From Octopus bimaculoides (lineage: Eukaryota), in contig NC_068993.1 of assembly GCF_001194135.2 (NCBI RefSeq), positions 42,067,749-42,131,748 on the forward strand: a stretch of DNA of 64,000 nt. Reading direction: 5' to 3'. The position numbers and the translations under genes were made by a program. Under the pieces are notes generated by a model. It saw nothing but the letters and a program-made list of their open reading frames with translations. It was not told where the DNA came from and did not search any database. This document shows positions 13,764 through 27,599 of this stretch, one piece after another. Every line of letters starts with the position of its first letter. The first letter of the stretch is position 1.

Positions 13764-14790
13764 ATTAGGTTGGAAAGAAAGTTCTATTGCATTTTCCATA
13801 AGATCACTTTGAAGGTACTTTTTCAATATTTACAGTAAAAGAAGCATTTTTACATTCCGATGTATTTTTGTTTGTTTGTTTGTTTTTTTTTTTTGTGGTG
13901 AGGGGGTTCTTTTTGTGTATGTGTTTCTTTGCACATTACTTTATACCACGGTGGTTAAACACATCGATTTTAACCTTATCGATCAAACCTACATCAGACA
14001 CTGATGTATGGTTCTTCAGCAATAGAAATGGCAAGAATTATTCGTTCGGTGTATGGAAATGTAGCTTCAAGTGTCCGAACATACCGATGATGTTTTCACT
14101 AGTTACGCTCGAGATATTTTTCTCTCATACATTGCTCTCGATTTGGACGATTAAGTTCTGTCAATATTGAACTTCGGAAAATCGTTTCTGAGGAAATTCC
14201 AAAGCAAACTGCACTAGAATTAGCGAATCATTTCAATTCATGTCACTTTTCGATCATAAAATACCTTCATGAACTAGTAAATGTGTTTAAACTTGGTCAG
14301 TGGGATTCCTCGTTATCTGACTGATTCACAGCTTAATCGAAGTGTTGCCCACTATCTGTCATTGCAGAATAGATTTGCTGCCGAACTTTTCCTATGTAGA
14401 ATCATTGCATGTGATGAAAAGTGAGTTCTCAATAATCACATTCAACGAAAGGGACACTGGTTAGCACTCACTCAAAAGCGTGAATCTATTCCCCAACTAG
14501 GATTACCTTCGAGAAATTTATGTTCTGCTTTTGGGTTGATATGAATGATGTCATCTATCATGCAGTGTTACATCAATGTTGAGAAGTATTGTCACCAATG
14601 GAAAGCTTGCCCAAACATTTGGTTGATCTTACACGATAATTCAAAACAACATGCTGCCTGAGCCGCCCAGAAAAAGATTATGACACTAAATTTAGGGCTT
14701 TTTCTTACACACCAGAACTTGCCAGATCTGACTATCATTTGACTATCACCCTTTTAGGTAACTGTAAAATAATTTAGAGGGAATTCAGCC
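13764..14790 (+). mobile_element. Mariner (Tc1/mariner, DD34D-type) transposon remnant
   Basis: In order: GSSAIEMARIIRSVYGNVASSVRTYR (HTH region), ELRKIVSEEIPKQTALELANHF...LHELVNVFKLGQW (WVPHEL region), RIIACDEK*V, LILHDNSKQH and PELARSDYHL (YSPDLAPSD). There are stops and frameshifts. A left TIR-like TTAGGTTGG sits at about 13765; the right TIR was not found. Confidence 0.92.
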
Positions 14791-14997
14791 TTTTTGTTGA
14801 ATGTTAAGATTAATATATGTAGAAAATTTCTTGCCTTGATAGATAAGTGTTTAGGTATAGGTATAAGAAACAGTGTAATAAACGTCTTATCAAAGTTTTT
14901 TTACAGCTGTTACCCTATCCTAGAAAAATATTTTTACAAGTAAGGCACCTACTCCGGAATGTACTAGTAGAGGCCCAGATACTTGCCCACGCGACCA

Positions 14998-15345
14998 GGC
15001 ATGCATGTTTAGCTCAGTGGTTTACGAAGCTGGTTCTAAAACAACGAAGTTCAAAAGAAAAACATATACTGGAATATGCGATAGTGACTTTGAAAAATAT
15101 GTGTCAACCACTAGTCTTCTTTCCAGCGGATAAATAATTGAACCACTAAGTCAGCTAGTCATACCTGGGACCAAAGGGAGAACAGCATACACACGCGCCA
15201 CCAAGTGAGACATCGTAGAATGATCCGCACCATACGTTGGTGTGTCAAGGAGGTGCTGGCCTCGTATAGCTGAAAGATCACATATTCTAACAACTCCACT
15301 GACCCACTGAAAGTTTTACTAAATGTAAGCAGCTGAATAGATTTT
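14998..15345 (+). mobile_element. SINE family D copy 1
   Basis: It has an A-box-like TTTAGCTCAGTGG near 15008. The 3' segment (about 15190-15340) aligns by eye at roughly 70-75% with 19488-19615. Confidence 0.55.
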
Positions 15346-16298
15346 TATTATTGAAAATGAAAACACTACCTAATCCTGTTTAAGCATGCAGGATCTCAAA
15401 CTTTAACGTTGAATTAGCTACCCCGACCGTTACCAGTTACCATTCTAAAGGAACAAAGGTGCATAATTCTTATCGCCTTTTCTTATATATTTTTCCTTGT
15501 AAACTTTTTTAACATTCTCTTTTTCCTCACGTTCTTCCATCATTTCTGCCAGAGAGCCGCCGTGCTGTGTTCTGAAGCTGAGTGTTTGCGTAACAATACA
15601 CGAAACGCTATACAACTTCGTCCGACTACTGTATTACCAAAGGCATGAAACTTATAGTACTTCACGTTTAAATCCTGTATGCAATAAATAATTATCTCTC
15701 ACTGAATGGCGTACTTTTTATGATTCCAACTAATAACAGAACTGTACACTATACATATACATTTATACATACATACATTCATACGTACATACATACGGAT
15801 GTGTGTGTGTGTGTATGCGTGCGTGCGTGTGTCTGTGTGTGTGTGCGTGGGTGAGTGTAATTTTATGTAGGTATTTGTCCCTACACACACCGCTTGGGAA
15901 AATCTGTTCGTTTGTTTCCGATTCCATAAGCTAGAGGTTCGGCAACAGAACCGATAAAATACATGTCACACTCTAAGAATAAGTACTGGGTTAATCTGTT
16001 CGACAAATATCCTACAAAAACATATATTAGTTCGTGTAAACGAAATATGATGGTTTGTTACCGTCCAATATAAATATATATATACTTCGTTTTTGGATTT
16101 GGTTTGCAAGATTCTTTATGTGAGTTCGTGTGTTGAAACATATTTTGTTGTGTCTGGTGATAATCATTCTCTTTTAGTGCCTTATTATTTAACACCCCCA
16201 CCAGTAAAGTTTCCGGTGAAAGTGTTAAATAATAAGGCACTAACTAAAAGAGAATGACTCTCCCCAGACACAACAATATATATATATATATTTAAATT

Positions 16299-16343
<45 letters not shown>

Positions 16344-17217
16344 GCATACATATATATACATACATACATCGTATATGTATATATGTGTGTATATGTATGT
16401 ATACTGTAATCATAGTGTATTTAAAATTTCTCAGGGTTGTCATTGATAAAGGCTAGCTGGATTAAATTCTTAATGTTATTTATGATCGGTTTAAAATGCC
16501 GCCCACTAAGACGAAAATTGGGGTGTTAGTTTCATATCGAAAACTGCCAACGTCTTCTATGTATATCTATAGAGTATCTTAATTCTACTGTTTTTGGCAT
16601 ACTATATGCTATCATTATCTCATTAGTCTTTATCATTCGAGTTCCGGATAATTTGCGATTTGTCTTCATTTTCGAACCTCGCGTGAATTGTCAATGTGAA
16701 ATTTAGTTAATTTTTTGTTTGTTCATTTTCTGTGCAGTTAACATTATTTTTCCTTTTTCTTGTTTTGTCTGTATTAATTGACTATTGTAAAAATATCTCA
16801 CTTTCTTATTACATCATTCAACTAACTATTGTGAATATGTCTGAACTGAAGCATTTTTTTAAAAATTCAACTAATATTTAATTTTAAATTTATTTTAATA
16901 CTTGGTTAAACACTGCAATACAAGAACACCACTTAATTATTATTTCGATTACCGTAAATGATATTATATAAAACTCTATCCCAATTTCTCTAAATTAAGA
17001 GCATATGTAAATTATTTTCTTTCGTTTCCTGCAAAATAGATTTCGCTTAACTGACATAATTATAACATTTCTATTTTTTCAACATAACTCATTACCTGTT
17101 TGCATTTTGTTCCTAATAAGACTTGAAATATAATGGACTCTGTCAGTATGTCATATCGAGATAGCTATTGTGTTTGTTTTATAACTGTATTTCCTAATTT
17201 TCAATTGTATTTATTAA

Positions 17218-17456
17218 CCTTTGAGCGGCGGATATCATCATTGCCGCTTCAAAAAGTTTGCATGGATTCGGCCATATTGAAATGAAGTTAATATTTTATG
17301 GCACTTTTCAATAATGAGATTGAGAATTTTATTGTTCAGGAGATTAAGAATTATTACATTTTTTGTACTTATTCAACGTCAAAATAAATATAAAAATTAC
17401 TCTTATTTTCCCTATGAGGACACACATTCAAGCAACACTTTCCCGCCGTTTAAGGG
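17218..17456. mobile_element. Possible piggyBac-type MITE
   Basis: Left end TTAA-CCTTTGAGCGGCGGA and right end CCCGCCGTTTAAGGG-TGAA form a degenerate inverted repeat (14/19 including the flanking tetramers). TTAA is intact on the left only. Confidence 0.4.
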
Positions 17457-17469
17457 TGAAGTGTTTGAA

Positions 17470-18200
17470 ATAGTTTATTATATTTGACTGAACTCGAAAA
17501 TTTTCGGGTGATGCGCACATCTTAGCGTAAGAGTGAAAAAGCAGAAAAAATATGAAGAACATTATTATTCGTAAAGATAACCAAAAACCCACTCCAAACT
17601 GTAATTGTCAACACCATGAAGCTTACCCACTTCCCCAGGCGTGTATGAAAAATTCCGCCGTATATGAGGTAAAAATCACATCAAGTGGAAATTCGTAGAG
17701 ACATCCATGACGTGTTAATAGATGTAAGAAACGCAATTTATGCGCAGTTGTAATATCGCATATTCTTTTTAGATCTAAGAATTCAAACGTACTACTGATA
17801 TCCAGATCAAAAATATTCATCAAATGCAAATATATGGAAGGACTGCTTTTAGCGAATTGGAGGACATGACCCTCTCCAAACTAGGTAGCTGCCTCGCAGA
17901 TTTCGACCCCTCTCCGTTGAATGATCCAACAACAGTTAGCTTTTTCATGGTCTTACGGTCAAAGGGGGCATGACTCTAATTTTCTTCTTTCGTTTCTATT
18001 CTTTTTCAGCTTTTTTCACCCTTCTACGTTTTGCATCTATCTTCTCATTTTTTTACTCGTGCTTTCTCTTGTCTCAGCCTCTAGATTTGTAAATTGAATA
18101 GACCATATGCTCGAAGCCTAAAACTCCTTGCAGACACACGACGTATTATAAAACCCTGTTTAGTCTCGCATGTGTAATGCATGAAACTATTAGTAAATTA
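17470..18200 (+). mobile_element. Penelope-like element 3' part (GIY-YIG endonuclease and pseudo-LTR), decayed
   Basis: NMKNIII followed by CNCQHHEAYPLPQACMKNSAVYEVKITSSGNS* matches the Penelope NMxxII...CNCRxKxxCPLxGxCxxxSVVYxAxI region that precedes YIG. A pyrimidine-rich segment follows, then a GCTCGAAGCCTAAAA motif shared with 63405-63420. Confidence 0.7.
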
Positions 18201-19399
18201 TAACTTTGTACTGTGTATATTAAATGATATTTATTTCTCCCTGGATGGAGTACATTTTTGACCGAGCTTAACTTAAAAGTAAACTATATATACATTTATA
18301 TGTGTGTGTATGTGTGTGTGTTTGCAACATATTTAAATATATCTATATAAAAATACATACATACATACATACATATATATNNNNNNNNNNNNNNNNNNNN
18401 NNNNNNNNNNNNNNNNNNNNNNNNNNNNNNNNNNNNNNNNNNNNNNNNNNNNNNNNNNNNNNNNNNNNNNNNNNNNNNNNNNNNNNNNNNNNNNNNNNNN
18501 NNNNNNNNNNNNNNNNNNNNNNNNNNNNNNNNNNNNNNNNNNNNNNNNNNNNNNNNNNNNNNNNNNNNNNNNNNNNNNNNNNNNNNNNNNNNNNNNNNNN
18601 NNNNNNNNNNNNNNNNNNNNNNNNNNNNNNGAGCGTATCTGTGTTTGTGTGTATGTGACTGTATAGCGTTGTCATTGACGTTCGGGTCTTAAGATCTTCA
18701 TAAGAAGTGTAAAAGGAAGGAAATAATAAAATCGAGTTAAAACGGAAATAATAGGAAAATCTGCTTTAGTCTGTGTCAAGTTATGTTAGAAGTGCACGGA
18801 GTTTAGTGATGATTGGAAGTTAACAGGAAGGAAAGTGGTTTTGTATTTGCGAGAGCAACAAGGGAAGTAACTGTGGGCCTGTGAGCATCAGTGCTTACGT
18901 GTGTGTGTATATACTGAAGTCTTTGCTTGCGTGTTTCTCTCGGATTTGTCTTTTATGTTTAGAACCCTGTATATAAGAATGTATGTCATGTTTCGTGTAT
19001 GCGTATGTGTGCGCATGGGAGCTTGAGTGCGTTTTACTCATATAAAAACAGATAGACGCAAGCAAATATAGTGTTGTAACAGAGAAGTAGAATGTAAACC
19101 AAAGTGGATGAATAATATGCGAGAGAGAGAGCATGTATAAATGCATTCGTTACAGATCACTTATATCACGTGCATGTTTTGGCATTTATTCTGATTGGCT
19201 GAGTTGTAATGTGTATTTTGGCGTATGGATATGTGCATATTTTATTGCAAGTGTTTTGCTTGACTGTTAGATGAAGTTATGAATATGAAGGTATATTTTT
19301 TCTATCATGCTTGTATCTGCGTATGTATATGTACACGCATTTGATGGTAAAATAGTGATGAACTTGTTTAGGAGAATGTAGTTTACGAGTGTATAACGG

Positions 19400-19620
19400 C
19401 TTAAAAAGGTGTGAACTTGTTTGCGATGGAGTGAGAGTTCGAGTAACCGCTGTGCAGCGTTAAGTCAAAGGTACGATGGAAGAATCCACACACACCATCT
19501 AGTGGAACATCGTTGAACGATCAGCGCCATACTTTGGTGCGCCGAGGAGGTGCAGGCTTTGTATAGCCGAAAGATCTCGTATCCTATCTAATAACTTCAC
19601 CGACCTACTTAATTTTTCGC
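19400..19620 (+). mobile_element. SINE family D copy 2
   Basis: B-box-like GAGTTCGAGT at about 19435. The body is homologous to 15190-15340 (CATCGT.GAA.GATC.GC.CCATAC.TTGGTG.G.C.AGGAGGTGC.GGC.T.GTATAGC.GAAAGATC). Confidence 0.55.
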
Positions 19621-19996
19621 TAAATGTAAGTTGACCAAAAAAAAAAAAAAAAAAAAGAAAGGAAAAGAAAAAGGATAGATGATATCGTGATACGGTTGAA
19701 TTGCTTTGAAGAGATTTGTCTGCTAAATGTTCAGTAAAGTGTTTGAACAGCTGTTGACCTTAACCCCAATCTATACAAAGGAGGAAATGTAGGAATCAAT
19801 TACGTGATTAGACACAGTAAGGATTTTGGCATTGGAAAATGTGTAACTATGGATAGTAGAGTATAGAAAGGGCCCACGATAGGAGCGACAAATTAGTAGG
19901 TCACGGAGTTTACAGGACAGAGTGGGAGATGTAAGAGATGGTTGAGGTGATCGAGTGGAAAATGTGAAACTCACATTTACTACAGATTTCAGAGAC

Positions 19997-20031
<35 letters not shown>

Positions 20032-20209
20032 GTATGTATGTATGTATGTANNNNNNNNNNNNNNNNNNNNNNNNNNNNNNNNNNNNNNNNNNNNNNNNNN
20101 NNNNNNNNNNNNNNNNNNNNNNNNNNNNNNNNNNNNNNNNNNNNNNNNNNNNNNNNNNNNNNNNNNNNNNNNNNNNNNNNNNNNNNNNNNNNNNNNNNNN
20201 NNNNNNNNN

Positions 20210-20263
<54 letters not shown>

Positions 20264-20499
20264 CACACAGAGAAAAAGAGAGAGGGGTGGATGGTTAGCT
20301 AGCTAGATAGATAGATAAATACATACATACCTACATACATACATACATATATACATACATAGACATAGAAAGAGGTCCAGGTGTACATATTTGTGCAGGT
20401 GTGTGTGTGCGCGTCTCTGTACCCCGTGTATTCTCTTAATAGTTTCAGTCGTATACATACATATATGTATGTAGGAATGCATTTTTGTATGTATATAAG

Positions 20500-20552
<53 letters not shown>

Positions 20553-20752
20553 GTATATATATATATATATATATATAAATATAAATATATATACACGCAT
20601 ATATATACGTGTGTGCGTGCGTGAGTGTGTGTATCAAATATATATATTGTATTTATGTATGTATATGTGTACACTCCTTATATCCATTTTTAACTCATTT
20701 TGTATTGAATGAATGGGTTCTTGTGAGACATAAATAAAAGGTTTGCTTTTTC

Positions 20753-21316
20753 TGTAATCTTATTTTTATTGCGTAATATCATTGCGCTACCGAGTGCATG
20801 TTTGTGCACCTTGGCTACACACAATGTATTGTGTTGCTTTTATATTTTCCCTCGTAGTGAATGTGCATGCAGATCTCAGTACAGCTATTTTCTCAATAGC
20901 ATATATATTTATAAAGTCATAGATTTGGGGTTATGCATTTGTCTACATTAATTCTAACCGTTCCCAAGACAGCTATTATTGAATGGATATTATCTGGATT
21001 GTTTCTGTTTTAAATCCCTACATACTGGTTATTTCTATTTCTAGAACATTGTGTAGATTTTCCATTTCTTTTAGATATATATTATTGTCTATTGGGACTG
21101 ATACATTTCTGATGAGAAACTTCCTTTATTGATGGTCCTTGGAATTAATATCCGGTCGATTTGACTTAATCTCCCTGTTTGCATGAGTTGGCAGATCCCA
21201 TAATAGTGTCTCTTTGTCATTCACTGAGATATTTTGTATTGTATGTTTAAACAATATCTTTGCTGTTGATATTCAAAATGCTGGCTCATTTACCAGCGTA
21301 CGATAGCGCCAACTCT
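20753..21316 (-). mobile_element. R4/Dong-type (RLE) LINE 3' fragment
   Basis: The minus-strand translation is RVGAIVRW*MSQHF ... ETLLWDLPTHANREIKSNRPDINSKDHQ*RKFLIRNVSVPIDNNIYLKEMENLHNVLEIEITSM*GFKTETI ... IEKIAVLRSA. The 3' UTR (CACTCGGTAG...ATAAAAATAAGATTAC) is homologous to the copy at 23391-23771. Confidence 0.85.
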
Positions 21317-21332
21317 TCCGAACGTATATATA

Positions 21333-21377
<45 letters not shown>

Positions 21378-22814
21378 NNNNNNNNNNNNNNNNNNNNNNN
21401 NNNNNNNNNNNNNNNNNNNNNNNNNNNNNNNNNNNNNNNNNNNNNNNNNNNNNNNNNNNNNNNNNNNNNNNNNNNNNNNNNNNNNNNNNNNNNNNNNNNN
21501 NNNNNNNNNNNNNNNNNNNNNNNNNNNNNNNNNNNNNNNNNNNNNNNNNNNNNNNNNNNNNNNNNNNNNNNNNNNNNNNNNNNNNNNNNNNNNNNNNNNN
21601 NNNNNNNNNNNNNNNNNNNNNNNNNNNNNNNNNNNNNNNNNNNNNNNNNNNNNNNNNNNNNNNNNNNNNNNNNNNNNNNNNNNNNNNNNNNNNNNNNNNN
21701 NNNNNNNNNNNNNNNNNNNNNNNNNNNNNNNNNNNNNNNNNNNNNNNNNNNNNNNNNNNNNNNNNNNNNNNNNNNNNNNNNNNNNNNNNNNNNNNNNNNN
21801 NNNNNNNNNNNNNNNNNNNNNNNNNNNNNNNNNNNNNNNNNNNNNNNNNNNNNNNNNNNNNNNNNNNNNNNNNNNNNNNNNNNNNNNNNNNNNNNNNNNN
21901 NNNNNNNNNNNNNNNNNNNNNNNNNNNNNNNNNNNNNNNNNNNNNNNNNNNNNNNNNNNNNNNNNNNNNNNNNNNNNNNNNNNNNNNNNNNNNNNNNNNN
22001 NNNNNNNNNNNNNNNNNNNNNNNNNNNNNNNNNNNNNNNNNNNNNNNNNNNNNNNNNNNNNNNNNNNNNNNNNNNNNNNNNNNNNNNNNNNNNNNNNNNN
22101 NNNNNNNNNNNNNNNNNNNNNNNNNNNNNNNNNNNNNNNNNNNNNNNNNNNNNNNNNNNNNNNNNNNNNNNNNNNNNNNNNNNNNNNNNNNNNNNNNNNN
22201 NNNNNNNNNNNNNNNNNNNNNNNNNNNNNNNNNNNNNNNNNNNNNNNNNNNNNNNNNNNNNNNNNNNNNNNNNNNNNNNNNNNNNNNNNNNNNNNNNNNN
22301 NNNNNNNNNNNNNNNNNNNNNNNNNNNNNNNNNNNNNNNNNNNTTTGTGTACGTTGTTATCACGTATGTCTTGGTCACAGCTTTAAATGTAGCATTTCTC
22401 GATCTTTATTCCGTGTTATGAGATATTGTCACTGTATATTTTACTTTTCATCGTCGTTGCATGATATGTTATTTTAGAATATTTCTAATATTTTTTCACA
22501 ATTTCTGTAGGTATTTCTCAATTCTTCTTAAAGCTATACCATATCTTAGCCCTGTTATGTATTTGTTAACTCACTTGAAGACAGAGACCAGTTTTATATT
22601 TTATTCATTTAGTTTTCGTATTTATCTATACTAGATATTTGTTTCGCTTGGGCGATTTGGAGTTCCAGACCATCTTTAGTTTGTGACAGGCCACCCATGC
22701 TTATGCGTTATCGATCTTAAAGTTTGCTTCCGAACTGCTTACCTAATCACTTAACTACTCGAAGGTTTCCGCAAAATTCCATTCGGAACCACTCAGAGCA
22801 AAAACAGTTCAGCA

Positions 22815-23233
22815 TCATTTGTTTCATTGCAACTGTCGAATCAGTGCTATTATATGGCAGTGAAACATGGACACTGACAAAGAAATTATCAAACGGGTTA
22901 GATGGCTGCTACACATGGATGCCACGTATGGGCTTAAGTGTGAAATGGCAGCAACATGGAGAGCTGTCGAAAGTTAATGAGAAGATTAGGTAAAGATGGC
23001 TGCGAATATCTGGTCGCTGCTTGCGCCACCCTGAAGTGGAAGCATCTAAACTAGTCTTGTGGAACCCACTTCATGGTGATATAAGAAAAGGAAAACGTCA
23101 TCACACATACATTGACAACTTGATTTCAGACATTGGCCTGGAATGCATCCAGGACGTTGAGGCAGTGGAGATAGACCTAGAAGTGTGGCAGATGGACTTT
23201 GCTGCTGCGACTCGGTTTGGAACCCGTCCAAAA
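22815..23233 (+). mobile_element. RTE-clade LINE 3' end
   Basis: ATVESVLLYGSETWTLTKKLSNGLDGCYTWM...KVNEKIR*RWLRISGRCLRHPEVEASKLVLWNPLHG...TYIDNL is a typical post-RT C-terminal region of RTE elements. A (TAC)n(TAA)n tail follows. Confidence 0.88.
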
Positions 23234-23771
<538 letters not shown>

Positions 23772-23823
23772 AATAATAATATAATTATAATAATAATGAT
23801 GATGATGATGGTGATGGTGAAGG

Positions 23824-23857
<34 letters not shown>

Positions 23858-24744
23858 ACACTAGATATGATTCTTGCTTTAGAAAAATGTTCCTCACTGC
23901 CTTACTTAGTAACTATAATCATTATGTTGAAGTTTGGCTGCTTTATTTTAAATAGACATAAATCTTCTTGTTTCCCTTATCTAGTTATCCTAATTTATTT
24001 AGTATGGTCTTAAGAATTTTATGCCTGTAATTTACTACAGGATTAAATTTAGTATTGATAAGTATTGAGTTATTTGAGTGGATTTTGTGGTAAAGCTTTC
24101 ATATTATACAGCTAAAATTGTGATTTCTCTTTTTGCAATAATGCAGGTCTTTTCCAGCCATCATTGACTCTCCATAGTCACCCAGTTTTATTCTCAGTTA
24201 TTCATCTAGGTTTTTTAAATTAGTTATTTCTCGATATTGTTTGATTTTGATGATAAAAGAGAGAGATGAAAAATAGAACGACCGAACTATGTTTAAAGAT
24301 ACTTTTTACTTTCTTCTTTAATGGGACAAGATACATATTTTTATATTTGGTGTATCAAGTTACTTTTAAAGAAATATTACTTCGAAATCTGATTTTATAA
24401 ATTCTTTATTCTTATATTAATCGATTGAACTGTTAAAGTTGTTAAGAATATATATTTCCTTCTACATACCCGTTTGTAGCGCTTCCTTACCACTCAGCAT
24501 TTTTGAAATCAATGTGAGATATTTGTACCAGACCAGGTTTTGAAAAAGTTTTATTTTCTTTAAATGCATAAAGTGTCCTTTTTTTTCTTTCTCTCAATCA
24601 TTTTCCTTCTTCATTATGATAGATTTCACTTACGCTCCTTGCTCACCCTTCTAACTATTTATAAATCTTCCTTACAGCCGATCAGGTGTTGTACAAATGT
24701 TGGTAAAGGCACTTAAATCGTTTTGTCCATCATTTCCTTGCATT

Positions 24745-24890
24745 CTTTAAGGCGACGGGCACGTCGAACAAAATTACTAGCATCTTCTAAAAATGAAATA
24801 TCAGCCAGGTTACCAGTCAAATACTGGGGGTCGATATCACCTACTTGCCCTCTACTCTCAAAATTGCTGGCCTAGTTTGAAATTTAGAAT
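24745..24890 (+). mobile_element. SINE family A fragment (decayed)
   Basis: TACCAGTCAAATACTGGGGGTCGATA...CAAAATTGCTGGCCT...TTTGAAA matches the family A 3' half. Confidence 0.6.
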
Positions 24891-26640
24891 TAATTAGAAA
24901 TAATTACTTTGTTTTCTCTGGATCCCTTCACACATTATCCTCACTTCTTCCTTCCCAGTACCTTCATAGCACTTTCTTCCCTTAAATCCTCCCTTCTTAT
25001 CTTACATTCTACTACCTCTTCGTACCTTGTAATTTATACCTCACTTTTTATCTGATACTCATACTTCTCATGACTTGGCCCCCTTCTCTGTCTTCTTATA
25101 ATGAAATAACTTTCTCATTAGTTTTTTCTCTCTCTCATTCTCATTTCTTTATACCAACACCTATTCATTTCTCAGAATTATTCCCTTGCTTGCATTAGCC
25201 ATACCTTCTGAAAATGAGGTGCTGTGGATGACGCATGAAGTTTCTTATATATCAGGATTCATGTATATCGATATTAAGTTTGCGTATGTGCTTTCCAGTT
25301 GTTTTGCCTTATAACTTTTGCTCCTATTTGCATAATATGCGTAATAATAACCGCTATTCACAGGATGCATCAATACAGCGGTAAACACATGGTTATATAA
25401 ATAAAAATTATGTAACACCTCATGTAAATATATTCCATACACTTATGATTATTCATCTCTCGTTATATGCATATATATGTATGCATGTATGAAAGTATGT
25501 GTGATGTATGTATGTACGTACGTACATATGTATGCATGTATGTATGCACGCATATATGCTTCTATATATACAAGCTTGCATGTACATGACATTTCCACTC
25601 CCAACGTGTTGTTCGAACCGAGTCTACAATACGTCTGCCTTGTTGAGGTGCTTAGTATTCACAGTTCCCAGACGAAATGGTTACGAAACCAAGTAACGTA
25701 TCTCTATTGTTACTGCTACGCTTATTCTATCCCAAATTAATTTACCTGGATTATTTAAAAACAGATAAAGTAGACGGGCTATCTATAACAGTTGTATACA
25801 AGAAGGCTTCTAACGTACGTGTTAGTAAAATGCAATCATTAAATATGCAGAAACAAGCTTAAAAGCATCAAAAACTACTTTGTTTCCAAACAGGAACCGT
25901 AATGACATTTACGATCACTAATGGAATTAAGTTTTCAGTTACAAGTTGATATACATTAAAAGAGAAATGTGTATCCATATTGAACTCACACATACACACG
26001 CGCGCGCGCTCAAACACTTGTACAGTCACGCACAAACTCTGGAAGTGAAATGATGCCATTACACTATGTATGAACACATGTCGTCTTTACACATTTCTAC
26101 ATAATCACTGTTCTGTAAGCATGGAATTTAGATACGGTAAGTCTCAGAGAAATAGTTTTAATTTCTTCCGTTTGGTATCCAGTAAGATATATATAGAGAT
26201 ATATAGAGATATATAGCCAACTAGAAAGGAATTTATCTTTAAAAGTCTGAAATGCATGCTCTTAAATATATTTTTCTCGTGAAATATGGTGCGTTGTGAC
26301 AACTGCAAAGAAGTGAACAAAATCTGAAAGTTAGATTAGTGAAATGCATCTCGGACTCCCTATGCATTTAAATTTAGAAAAGCGTCGATATAAATTCTAG
26401 AAGAAATGTGAACTTTGGTGGGAAACAAAAGCCACTAGTCCACATAATATCGGTTACGAAAATAAGAGACTTCTTAAAATTAGATAATGATACGAGAAAA
26501 ACTCGACTGTTGATATAAACTTTGATACTGAAACGCTGATTAGCTTAATATCTTATATAACCTGTGTGGTGTATGTGTGCATGCATATATGTGTATGTTA
26601 TTATGTCAGAATATGGTGTGTGCAAGAGAGAGAGAGAGAG

Positions 26641-26710
<70 letters not shown>

Positions 26711-26760
26711 TGTAAGCCCGCGTGTGCGTGTGTGTCTTGGAAAATTCTTTCAGGATAGAT

Positions 26761-27080
26761 CAGAGGTTCTCAAACTTTTGATGCCACATAATACCCCCAG
26801 CGCCCCACCCCTATTTTTATGTATAAATAAGTATTTCAAATTTTACTAATTTACATATACTATTAATCATTTGATATTTGATATAATATTATATAATTTT
26901 TATACAATAGTATAATAATATTATAATAAATTCATAGTGTCCCCCAATCCACTGCATTCCGCTCAGCGTCTCCTTTTTCTCTACCACCACCCCACCTCCA
27001 CTGACCCCTTGGGCTCCAGTGCCCACCTGGACTGTCTCAACGCCCACCGGGGTCGGTATCACCTACTTTGAGGACCTATG
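26761..27080. mobile_element. hAT (Charlie/Buster-like) MITE, 320 bp
   Basis: The TIRs are CAGAGGTTCTCAAA and TTTGAGGACCTATG. The 8-bp TSD is GGATAGAT (26753-26760) / GCATAGAT (27081-27088), with a central TA. There is no coding capacity. Confidence 0.85.
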
Positions 27081-27599
27081 GCATAGATCAAGGCGATTAC
27101 AAGAGGACTCGTTATATATAACTGCAGAGCAAATACTACTGTTTTATAAATTTCGCTGTTATATCATGAGATGAGCAACGAAGGCGGATTTTCTCTGCTA
27201 AAACATTAAATCTGCAAAATGATTCTCACACACACACACATATACACATGCACAATCGCGTGCGCACACACGCACACACACAACAAACGAAGAAAGAAAC
27301 ATACACCTACTCACATATTGCCTATTCTCAATTTAAATAGAACTATATGTCAAAATGAATTCCCAATATTTTTATGAGTCACTTCCTGAACCTTGGAGTA
27401 ATTCTACTTTCTTCAAGTTTGTTTTATGCACTAGAGCAACGGCCATGCTGTAGCACTTATGTATCAATTTGTTGTAGTTATTTTTGTCTAGCACCGGGCT
27501 AGACTTAATTAAACATGGCGTAACAGCCCATTGGTCTGGTTACTTTTTAAAAACGCGAAAAGTTATCTTTCTATCGACGCTTTCCGACCGTGACTTTCA

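Noticed and set aside
19680-19960. Possible CR1-type relic on the minus strand
   Set aside because: The motif similarity is ambiguous and no diagnostic RT or endonuclease word is intact.
21260-22477. The longest ORFs in the track (350-405 aa) and similar ORFs at other gaps
   Set aside because: They are almost entirely X from N-runs plus YI/CV/HT repeats from microsatellites.
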